A stretch of 64,000 nucleotides of DNA from Obrimoposthia wandeli. Its lineage: Eukaryota. Location of the stretch: assembly GCA_977020255.1 (NCBI GenBank), contig CDROCS010006802.1:1-64000 (forward strand), written 5' to 3'. The position numbers were made by a program, and so were the translations under genes. The stretch's first letter is position 1; every line of letters starts with the position of its first letter. The notes beneath the pieces are model-generated. The model saw only the letters and a program-made list of their open reading frames with translations. It was not told the DNA's origin and searched no databases. Of this stretch, positions 20,911 to 29,728 are shown one piece after another.

Positions 20911-21084
20911 ATGTCGCTATGGCAACAAATCAGACTGCAATTTATCGATTTTTTTAATCGCTTAGCTCAAATCCAATCTCCTGATGGAGAGGTCACAATG
21001 ACCTGTCCCCTGCGACGTCTTCCCAAAACCGTAACCGCCCGAACAACTCAATGCCTACATACTGAGTCACCCCAAAAGCACTAA
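20911..21084 (+). CDS. Candidate 57-aa small protein
   Basis: MSLWQQIRLQFIDFFNRLAQIQSPDGEVTMTCPLRRLPKTVTARTTQCLHTESPQKH; AGAGG 8 nt upstream. No homology recognised. Confidence 0.3.
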   Translation: MSLWQQIRLQFIDFFNRLAQIQSPDGEVTMTCPLRRLPKTVTARTTQCLHTESPQKH

Positions 21085-21096
21085 AAAACAATTAGC

Positions 21097-21240
21097 CAAC
21101 CGCGGTACTGAGTACACAGAGAAAAGCAAAGAGTGATCACAATAAGATATTAATGAAACGGAAAGATACGCTACTTATTCTTTTATTTTTATTCTTGCCC
21201 TCTCTGTGTAGCGCAGCGGCTCTGCGTCCTCGATGGTTAA
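21097..21240. repeat. Imperfect inverted-repeat (REP/MITE-like) element
   Basis: TACACAGAGA (21113-21122) and TCTCTGTGTA (21201-21210) form a perfect inverted pair; the outer ends are AACC...GGTT. Confidence 0.45.
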
Positions 21241-21274
21241 CCCGCTTTTGCTTTTTGTATTTTCTTACAGCCAT

Positions 21275-21298
21275 AAAAAAAGGCGGATAATCCGCCTT
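21275..21298 (-). terminator. Intrinsic terminator of the csp gene
   Basis: Minus strand GGCGGA-TTA-TCCGCC followed by a T-run. Confidence 0.75.
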
Positions 21299-21335
21299 CT
21301 TCATTTTTCTAACCAAACTCAACCCACAAGCTTAA

Positions 21336-21827
21336 TTAACCACGAACAACTGAAACATCTTCAGCTTGTGGTCCTTTCTGGCCGCGTACAACCATAAACT
21401 TAACACGCTGACCTTCAGTCAAAGAACGATGACCTTGCCCACGAATAGAACGGAAGTGAACAAATACATCTTCACCGTCATCCCATGTAATAAAGCCAAA
21501 ACCTTTCTTAACGTTAAACCACTTAACCATACCGCGTTCACGACCATCATCAACATCACTTTCTACAACCGTACCGCTTGAACGATTACGACGGCGACGT
21601 GCTGGAACAGCTAAAGTTGCTATAAAAGCAATAGCGAAAAATATCAACGCCACGATGGTATAAATAGCACCTACATTTGGTAGAGTAGAAAGACTCTCAC
21701 CCAATGTAATTCCTGATGTTAAAACAATACCTGCTAATACTTTATTTAAAGCCAATTTTAAAATAAATGGCGCAATCAGTGCGAGCACTAAACTCACAAG
21801 AATCTTTCTAATCATAATACCTTTCAT
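21336..21827 (-). CDS. Cold-shock domain protein with two N-terminal TM helices
   Basis: C-terminal CSD with RNP1/RNP2 ([24 protein letters not shown]); two hydrophobic stretches and an Arg-rich linker (RRRRNR). Confidence 0.92.
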   Translation of the reverse strand: MKGIMIRKILVSLVLALIAPFILKLALNKVLAGIVLTSGITLGESLSTLPNVGAIYTIVALIFFAIAFIATLAVPARRRRNRSSGTVVESDVDDGRERGMVKWFNVKKGFGFITWDDGEDVFVHFRSIRGQGHRSLTEGQRVKFMVVRGQKGPQAEDVSVVRG

Positions 21828-22076
21828 GCCTTTCTCTCTTTCGATGCAAATTTTTGTCTGTTTTTCTTTTGCTTAAGATCGAATAAAAATCATTAAGCAT
21901 AGCTATCAAAGCCTAATTCATTACAAAAATCAACATGATAGAAAAGCAAAGTACTTGCAACGCTGTTATTACCCTAGTTTGATCAAATAACGTACAGGTT
22001 TGGCATTTAAAATACAGTATTGCTTTACCCACAACAGATTGCCTGTAACAATCCAAAAAAATTGATCGAGATCCCC

Positions 22077-22322
22077 ATGTCAGCTGAACCTAATAATGAA
22101 CAAACTAACGAGCAAAGACAGATAGAACAGCTTGAAACCAAGGTGGCTTATTTAGAGCATCACATCGAGCAACTCAACGATGCGATGGTTGAACTGCAGT
22201 TCGATAATAAAACAGCCAAAGATGCGCTCAAATACCTTTACCAGCAAGTGCAAAGCATTGGTGGCAGCCAAGGTTCACAGAATTCTGGCAGCTTCATAGA
22301 ACCACCACCCCCACATTATTAA
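22077..22322 (+). CDS. slyX: SlyX family protein
   Basis: IEQLETKVAYLEHHIEQLND coiled coil and terminal EPPPPHY. Start taken at ATG 22077. Confidence 0.9.
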   Translation: MSAEPNNEQTNEQRQIEQLETKVAYLEHHIEQLNDAMVELQFDNKTAKDALKYLYQQVQSIGGSQGSQNSGSFIEPPPPHY

Positions 22323-22465
22323 TATCCCTCAACTGCGGTAAGCTCCCTATCAACTGACAATTTCAGTAAAGAACAGTAACTGACGGTGGTTAAAGGCGCA
22401 AAAGCCATTTAACCCAGTGCATTGAGCAGGTAAACTGACCGCGTATTTACATTGGAATTGTTAAC

Positions 22466-24928
22466 ATGAATTTAATCACGGCGATTAAGAATGGCCTATT
22501 TCGTTTAAAACAGCGCTTGGTCCATACGCTAGTCAAAACAAAAATAATCGGTCCCACCGCACAAGACCTAGGTTTGGATAGCAGCAAGCCCATCGTTTAC
22601 GCCTTGCAATATAAGTCGCACGGCCAAGAGCTGGTGATCGATAAGGTAATTACCGATGCTGGCTTACCAAGTATTCTTGATACAGAAATCGGCGAACAAA
22701 AAAAGAGCATTAACCCGTTTTTCTCCAGTTATAAAAGAGCAGGTGCACCTTTTCGCAAGCGTGGCACGCCTTTAGTTTCAAAACGCCTCACTCGTTGGAT
22801 TGATTTAATTCGCGATCAAGAAGATCAAGATATTCAAATCGTACCCGTGGTTGTTTATTGGGGACGTAGCCCTGATAAAGAACGCTCATTTCTAAAAATC
22901 TGGTTGCAAAGTAGCGGCACGCTGGGTGGCCGCCTATCAACCATCTTTGCCATGCTATTTAACGGACGTGAAACCGCAATCCGCTTCAGCACGCCCATCT
23001 CCTTGCGCCAACTGATCAAGGAAGGCAAGGATACAGAAATTACCGCACGTAAACTGTCTCGCGTTTTGCGTGTTCACTTTCGTCAGGTTAATGCCACCGT
23101 ACTAGGACCTGACTTATCTCACCGCAGTACGCTGGTGCATCAGCTTCCTCGCAAACCTTTGGTACTCGAAGCCATTGAAGAGGAAATGAAAACTAAAAAC
23201 ATCAGCCGTAAAAAAGCCAACGCTCAGGCTCTTAAATACGCTGATGAAATTGCGGCCCACATGACTCACGGCGCTATTCGTTTCTTAGATGTGGTACTGA
23301 CCTGGGTGTGGAATAAAATTTACAACGGCGTTAATGTTTATAATATTGAACGCCTGCAAAATGCGAATAAAGATAACGAAATCATTTACGTGCCTTGTCA
23401 TCGTAGCCATATCGATTATTTATTATTGTCGTATGTTCTTTATCATAATGGTTTGCAGGTGCCACACATTGCTGCTGGTATAAACCTAAACATGCCCGTT
23501 GTCGGCCCTCTTTTACGCCGCGGCGGGGCTTTCTTTATGCGCCGAACATTTAAAGGCAACAAACTGTACGCTGCGGTATTTGATGAATACCTGCACTCGG
23601 TTTTCAGCAATGGTTATTCAACCGAATACTTTGTTGAAGGTGGCCGTAGTCGTACCGGCCGCACACTCAATCCTAAAGCTGGCATGCTGGCCATGACACT
23701 CAGAAGTTACTTACGTGATTCACGCAAACCGATTATCTTTATGCCGGTTTACGTGGGCTACGAAAAAGTATTTGAATCCAGTAGTTATCAAGGCGAACTA
23801 AAAGGCAAAAAGAAGAAAAAAGAAGGCCTTGGCAGCATTGTTTCTTCTATTCGCAGCATGAAGCGCTCATTCGGCAAAGTACGCGTTACCTTTGGTAATC
23901 CAATTAGCTTTGATGAACTACTCGATAACGAACAACCTAACTGGCGCGAACAAAGAAGTGATAACAACTTTAAACCTGAATGGGCACCTAAAGTTGTAAA
24001 TAAAATGGCGCTTGAAGTGGCGACTCAAATCAATAATGCGGCTTCTGTAAACCCAATCAACTTAGTCGCAATGGGCTTACTGGCAACCCCTTATTTCGCT
24101 ATGGATGGGCAGTTATTAGCCAACCAGCTAGATGACTACAAACGTTTATTACAATCCCTTCCTTATACCGATCTTGTAGAAATTCCTGACGGCAATGGTA
24201 AAGACTGGATTGAATATGCCGAAAACATGGGCATGATCTCCATTGCGAAGCACAGCTTGGGTGACATTATTCAGGCCGATGATCACCAAGCCATCTCATT
24301 AAGCTATTACCGTAATAACGTTTTTCATATTTTTGCGATGCCATCACTATTAGCAAGCTTGTTTGTTAATAACCGCGAACATAAGCTGGAAGAAATTCAG
24401 ACACTATGTACGTTCTTATATCCTTTCTTTAAGGCCGAGTTATTTTTACGCTGGGAATTAGCAGAGCTGCCTGAAGTGGTTGATACTTGGTTAGAAGCCT
24501 TGGTAGGCCTAGCCCTCTTAGAACGTCATGGCGACGTCTTTAGCCGCCCTGCCGCAAGTTCAAATGAATACGTTAAGCTTTCAGGCATTGCGAGCGTTGC
24601 GATGCAAACTCAAAACCGTTATTTCCTAACGCTCGCACTATTAAATAAAGTTGGCAGTGGCCATATCAATGCCAAAGAACTGGAAGAGCAATCTGCGCTG
24701 CTTGCGTCGCGCATTTCTGTTTTACACGGTATCAATACGCCAGAATTCTTCGATAAGAATTTATTCCGTACGTTAATTGAATTATTAATCGAGCAAGGCT
24801 TATTGGTGGTTAACGAAGAGGGTCATTTGACCTTTGATGATAGCTTAACCGCAATGATAGAAGAACTTGAACCCGTTCTAGATGCCAGCTTGCGTCAGAG
24901 CATTTTGCAAATCACGTGGCAGCAATAG
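22466..24928 (+). CDS. plsB: Glycerol-3-phosphate 1-O-acyltransferase
   Basis: PCHRSHIDY (HX4D), FVEGGRSRTG, PVYVGYEK. Confidence 0.96.
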   Translation: MNLITAIKNGLFRLKQRLVHTLVKTKIIGPTAQDLGLDSSKPIVYALQYKSHGQELVIDKVITDAGLPSILDTEIGEQKKSINPFFSSYKRAGAPFRKRGTPLVSKRLTRWIDLIRDQEDQDIQIVPVVVYWGRSPDKERSFLKIWLQSSGTLGGRLSTIFAMLFNGRETAIRFSTPISLRQLIKEGKDTEITARKLSRVLRVHFRQVNATVLGPDLSHRSTLVHQLPRKPLVLEAIEEEMKTKNISRKKANAQALKYADEIAAHMTHGAIRFLDVVLTWVWNKIYNGVNVYNIERLQNANKDNEIIYVPCHRSHIDYLLLSYVLYHNGLQVPHIAAGINLNMPVVGPLLRRGGAFFMRRTFKGNKLYAAVFDEYLHSVFSNGYSTEYFVEGGRSRTGRTLNPKAGMLAMTLRSYLRDSRKPIIFMPVYVGYEKVFESSSYQGELKGKKKKKEGLGSIVSSIRSMKRSFGKVRVTFGNPISFDELLDNEQPNWREQRSDNNFKPEWAPKVVNKMALEVATQINNAASVNPINLVAMGLLATPYFAMDGQLLANQLDDYKRLLQSLPYTDLVEIPDGNGKDWIEYAENMGMISIAKHSLGDIIQADDHQAISLSYYRNNVFHIFAMPSLLASLFVNNREHKLEEIQTLCTFLYPFFKAELFLRWELAELPEVVDTWLEALVGLALLERHGDVFSRPAASSNEYVKLSGIASVAMQTQNRYFLTLALLNKVGSGHINAKELEEQSALLASRISVLHGINTPEFFDKNLFRTLIELLIEQGLLVVNEEGHLTFDDSLTAMIEELEPVLDASLRQSILQITWQQ

Positions 24929-24970
24929 CCGCCACTGATACTGTCATGACTTGTATTTTGATGTCTATGC

Positions 24971-25762
24971 TTATGCTTTAGCCACTTTGGCTTTAACATA
25001 GATATCAAAGCGATTTGCTTTACCCGCAAGCACATAACTCGGGGCCTTTCCTGCTAAAGGTGGGGCCTTCGCCGGTCGTTTAACCACGATACGACAGCGA
25101 GCAAGAGCATCCGCCCGCGACCACAATTCAGCCTCATCAACATCTGCACCGACCAGAGAACGAAATAATTTCATTTCTTTCTTCGCTTCTGCTGACGCGG
25201 TGGTATGAGGAAACATAGGATCAAGATATACAATATCAGGCTGTTTATGCCCAAGCGCGATCCAATCTGCTAACAGCTCAATCGAATCACCTTCCACCAA
25301 CTTCATACGCGCCATGATGTCAGCAATTTCTGCCTCACCCTGCGCACACTGCAAGCCACTCTTTAATAACAAGCACACCACTGGATGACGTTCAATCAAG
25401 GTAACATCACAACCCAGAGTCGCTAAGACAAACGCATCACGACCAAGACCTGCCGTTGCATCTAATACACTAGGAAAATAGCCACCATTAATACCGACCG
25501 CTTTGGCAATACTCTGTCCGCGACCGCCGCCGTATTTACGGCGGTGAGCGCTTGCGCCGCTAACAAAATCGACAAACACAGGACCAGGGGCTTTTCTTCC
25601 CCCTTGCTGAATACTAACCTGATCACCATCAACAATGAGATAAAGACCATCACTGGCCAATAATTCTTCGCCCACCCGATCAAGCTGCCACTGCTGTGAC
25701 CAAGACTTTAAATCAAATAACTCTGTGTTAGAACGCTGTATGATGCCATCCAAAATTTTCAT
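24971..25762 (-). CDS. rsmJ: 16S rRNA m2G1516 methyltransferase
   Basis: [33 protein letters not shown]. Confidence 0.93.
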   Translation of the reverse strand: MKILDGIIQRSNTELFDLKSWSQQWQLDRVGEELLASDGLYLIVDGDQVSIQQGGRKAPGPVFVDFVSGASAHRRKYGGGRGQSIAKAVGINGGYFPSVLDATAGLGRDAFVLATLGCDVTLIERHPVVCLLLKSGLQCAQGEAEIADIMARMKLVEGDSIELLADWIALGHKQPDIVYLDPMFPHTTASAEAKKEMKLFRSLVGADVDEAELWSRADALARCRIVVKRPAKAPPLAGKAPSYVLAGKANRFDIYVKAKVAKA

Positions 25763-26559
25763 TAGACAAACCAGATCAACAAGATAGCCCCAAGCAATAA
25801 TCGATAAACCACAAAAGGCATCATGCCAATACGATTAATTAACGCTAAAAAGAAATAAATACAAATATAGGCGCTGATGGCTGACATGAATGCCGCCAAA
25901 CCTATCGTTACCCAATCAACTTGTGCAGCTTGTTCAACCAAGTCTTTCATTTTTAATAACCCCGCCGCTAAAATTAACGGTATTGAAATTAAGAATGAAA
26001 AACGAGCGGCAGCATCACGCTGAAAGCCTAGAAATAATGCTGCTGTTATCGTAATGCCGGAGCGTGACGTACCTGGAATTAACGCCAGCGCTTGAAACAA
26101 ACCAATCACCACCGCCGCCAACAAGGTCATTTGCAAAATACTTTTATGCTCATTCGCTTTATGGTCAGCGACTAATAATAAGAGCCCAAAACCGATCGTC
26201 GCATAAGCAATGACCTCGCTGGAGCGCAAGTTCGCCTCGATCCAGTCACCGTATATAAGTCCCACTAAACCCGCAGGAATCGTCGCAATAACAATCGCCC
26301 AAGCTAAGCGAGCATTATCATTCATCTGCTTAGAGAAGCCTGTGGTTAACCAGCCTTGTGTAATCGCCAAAATGTCACGACGAAAATAAATAATCACCGC
26401 CACCAAGGTACCTATATGCGTTGCAATATCAAACGCTAACCCTTGATCAGACCAACCCAGAACCTTTGACGGCAAAATCAAATGCGCCGAACTCGATATA
26501 GGCAAAAACTCGGTAAAACCCTGCAATAACGACAATACAATAATTTGAATCAAATCCAT
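25762..26559 (-). CDS. uppP: Undecaprenyl-diphosphate phosphatase
   Basis: [31 protein letters not shown]. Confidence 0.97.
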   Translation of the reverse strand: MDLIQIIVLSLLQGFTEFLPISSSAHLILPSKVLGWSDQGLAFDIATHIGTLVAVIIYFRRDILAITQGWLTTGFSKQMNDNARLAWAIVIATIPAGLVGLIYGDWIEANLRSSEVIAYATIGFGLLLLVADHKANEHKSILQMTLLAAVVIGLFQALALIPGTSRSGITITAALFLGFQRDAAARFSFLISIPLILAAGLLKMKDLVEQAAQVDWVTIGLAAFMSAISAYICIYFFLALINRIGMMPFVVYRLLLGAILLIWFV

Positions 26560-26600
26560 TGTTTACTACTTCCTAAATGATATGACTAATTAATATAAAA

Positions 26601-27338
26601 TTATTTTTTAAGCAAAGAAGGCTGCTCGGCCAATTTTTTCCAAGCGACCGTATCACGCAAGTAAACTGGCTGCTGTAACTCCGCAGCAGTGAAATAGCCT
26701 TTATTCCAAGCGTCCAAAGCCAGATCCATCATAGACTCGGCCAACGGATAAATATCTTCATCGATGCTCTTAAGGTCAGCAATATTTTCCGGTAGCTCAG
26801 CTGAGAATTGAAAACCATCGCCAGCGCCAGCCCACTGCGACATTTCTAATACAGAAAAATCAACCTGTGCTGGCTTCGCTAAACTGTCTTCAATAACAGC
26901 CACCAACCCTTGCTCGGTATTTCGATACGCGCCGTAAAAGACCTCGCCCATATGGGCATTCATCATTGCTAGCACTTGTTTTTCAGGCGCTTGCTCACTG
27001 AGTTCTTGCTGTTCAGCTAATTGTCTCATCCCTTGCCAAGCCAAAGCTTGTAACGAAGAAATACCGTATAAGCTAGCCCCTGTTGCCAAAGACAAGCCCT
27101 GAGCGACTGAGATTGCGATGCGCAAACCCGTAAAAGACCCAGGCCCTTTGCCAAATGCAATACCTTCAAGCTCAAATGGCTTAATACCAGCGCGCTGACA
27201 GACATCTTCAATCATCGGCATGATGAGCTGTGCATGCTTGCGCGGTTGCTTTTCGGCGACACTGTATAAGATACCCTTCACATTAAGGGCAACTGAACAC
27301 CAAGCTGAAGAAGCATCGAAGACTAAAATATTACTCAT
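26601..27338 (-). CDS. tsaB: tRNA t6A biosynthesis protein TsaB
   Basis: ILVFDASSAWCSVAL, GPGSFTGLRI, PVYLRD. Start taken at ATG 27338. Confidence 0.95.
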   Translation of the reverse strand: MSNILVFDASSAWCSVALNVKGILYSVAEKQPRKHAQLIMPMIEDVCQRAGIKPFELEGIAFGKGPGSFTGLRIAISVAQGLSLATGASLYGISSLQALAWQGMRQLAEQQELSEQAPEKQVLAMMNAHMGEVFYGAYRNTEQGLVAVIEDSLAKPAQVDFSVLEMSQWAGAGDGFQFSAELPENIADLKSIDEDIYPLAESMMDLALDAWNKGYFTAAELQQPVYLRDTVAWKKLAEQPSLLKK

Positions 27339-27452
27339 TGAATGTACTGGCATGAATGAAATGGCCCGCAGTATAGCAAAACAAGTTGCAGAGATAAAAA
27401 CACTGATTAGAAAAGATGCCCTGCGCCCCATAAGAACTAAACAGACGGGCAT

Positions 27453-27478
27453 AAAAAAGCCCCAGACAGCTGAGGCTC
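27453..27478 (-). terminator. Probable terminator of the histone-like gene
   Basis: Minus strand GAGCCTCAG-CTGT-CTGGGGCT followed by TTTTT. Confidence 0.5.
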
Positions 27479-27580
27479 TTTGGTTTAGCTAGGTCAGAAA
27501 AAGTAAAAGTGGCCAAGCTGAACACTAGCCTATTCCAATTTATACCGACCTATTACAACTAATAGCGACTAAATTAACAA

Positions 27581-28390
27581 CTATGCCTTTTTAGTCACTT
27601 TCTTCTTAGCGGCTACTTTCTTAGCAGCAGGTTTTTTCTTAGCGACGGCTTTTTTCGGCGCTACTTTCTTAGCAACCACTTTCTTCTTAGCCGCTACTTT
27701 TTTAACAACCGCTTTCTTTTTAGGGGCCACCTTTTTAGCCGCAGGCTTTTTAGCAGCAGCTTTTTTCGGTGCAACTAAAGATTTCACTTTAGTGGCTAAC
27801 TTCTTAGCAGCCGCTTTAGCTTTTTTGGTTTCTTTGGCTGTACGTGCTTTTACTTTGGCAACGACTTGACGTTCGCGTGACTTAGTCCAAGTTTTTTCAA
27901 AGTCGGCTAACGCTTTCTGCAGGTCTGCTCCCGCTTTTGCTTGTAGCAATGCTTCAAATTCAACAAGAGAGGCTTTTGCTTTTGCTTCTACTTCAGCTGT
28001 TTTAGCTTGAACGTCTGCTACTTTCAAAGCAACTTTCGCATCACGCAACTTCGCTTTAACAGGCGCAAGCTTCGCTTTTTCAGCACGTACTTTATTTCCA
28101 GCAGTTACAGCAGCACGTTTAACCGCCGCCGTCGCCTTTGGCTTACCTGCTTTAGTTTTTGCTTCCACTTGCTTTTTCGCAGCTACAGCCACTTTTGCTA
28201 GCTGAGCATCAACTGCGCTTGTCGCTTTTTCAACAGCGGCTTGTGCTTTTGCAACTGCCGGAGTAATTGCCGCAACAGCTTTCACAGTTTTTTTAGCAAC
28301 TGGCTTTTTAGCGCCACGTTTTGCTGGTGCTTTTTTAGCGACTGTTTTTTTTGCAGTGCTTGCTGCAGGATTCTTTTTAGGTCTGCCCAT
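27581..28390 (-). CDS. Lys/Ala-rich histone H1-like (AlgP/Hc2-type) nucleoid-associated protein
   Basis: Starts MGRPKK; N- and C-terminal PAAKK/VAKK/APKK repeats flank a helical core. Codon usage resembles highly expressed genes. Confidence 0.8.
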   Translation of the reverse strand: MGRPKKNPAASTAKKTVAKKAPAKRGAKKPVAKKTVKAVAAITPAVAKAQAAVEKATSAVDAQLAKVAVAAKKQVEAKTKAGKPKATAAVKRAAVTAGNKVRAEKAKLAPVKAKLRDAKVALKVADVQAKTAEVEAKAKASLVEFEALLQAKAGADLQKALADFEKTWTKSRERQVVAKVKARTAKETKKAKAAAKKLATKVKSLVAPKKAAAKKPAAKKVAPKKKAVVKKVAAKKKVVAKKVAPKKAVAKKKPAAKKVAAKKKVTKKA

Positions 28391-28521
28391 TATCACTTCC
28401 TCAATTAGCTAATAAGTTATTCATATTAAAATTAGCACATATATTATTGTGCGGAAACTTAAGCGGTCAATAATAGTGTTTTTAATAACAAAAACTCAAA
28501 AAAACGTCATATTTTGTTAAA

Positions 28522-28539
28522 TAATCAATATATTGATTA
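28522..28539. promoter_or_regulatory. Perfect 18-bp palindrome matching the IHF consensus on both strands
   Basis: TAATCAATATATTGATTA contains AATCAATATATTG, i.e. WATCAANNNNTTR. Confidence 0.5.
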
Positions 28540-28897
28540 AAATATTAAACGTTATTCAACGCTGATCGTTTATTATTTTTAAATCAAACCCACTTTTCAA
28601 CCACCTGGTTAATCCTATAAACAAACATTAAATATATTCTGCCATTACTATAATTCTGTAGGGCTGTTTATTAAAGCGATTCAAAAAAGTGTTTTATTAG
28701 TGTCATTTAATCCGCATGATTTATAGAACACTGGAAATGTAATGGATAGTTTTTAATGAAAAATGGCTATCAATAGAACATGAAAATAGAATTATATTTA
28801 ACGCGCCGACATTCAATTAAAACGAAACATAAAGTATGCTCATAACTACCCGCTATATTATTGTTATACCTCTTTATAAAAACACTTTTTTGGTGAC

Positions 28898-28926
28898 AAA
28901 AAAAAGACCCTTACGGGTCTTTTTTA
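28898..28926. terminator. Bidirectional intrinsic terminator after adk
   Basis: AAAAAAGACCC-TTAC-GGGTCTTTTTT. Confidence 0.85.
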
Positions 28927-28964
28927 TTTATTCTATTTATCCCTGAAGGATTATCCTAGAATAA

Positions 28965-29639
<675 letters not shown>

Positions 29640-29728
29640 TCAATATCGAGCTTAGCTGTACAAAAAACAACCAAGCCATGAAAAAAATAGGCCTAACCTT
29701 ACTCTGCTAGCCAGTAATAATCAAGAAT

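Noticed and set aside
21137-21322. 61-aa basic ORF downstream of csp
   Set aside because: It spans the csp terminator and the inverted-repeat element; its composition reflects A/T runs.
27581-27860. Repeat array that could be mistaken for CRISPR or a VNTR
   Set aside because: The repeats are in-frame Lys/Ala codons with no repeat-spacer structure, and no cas genes are nearby.
28397-28964. AT-rich stretch as a possible replication origin or foreign island
   Set aside because: I found no TTATCCACA-type DnaA boxes, no GATC cluster and no mobility genes; the context is adk/tsaB, not dnaA/gidA.
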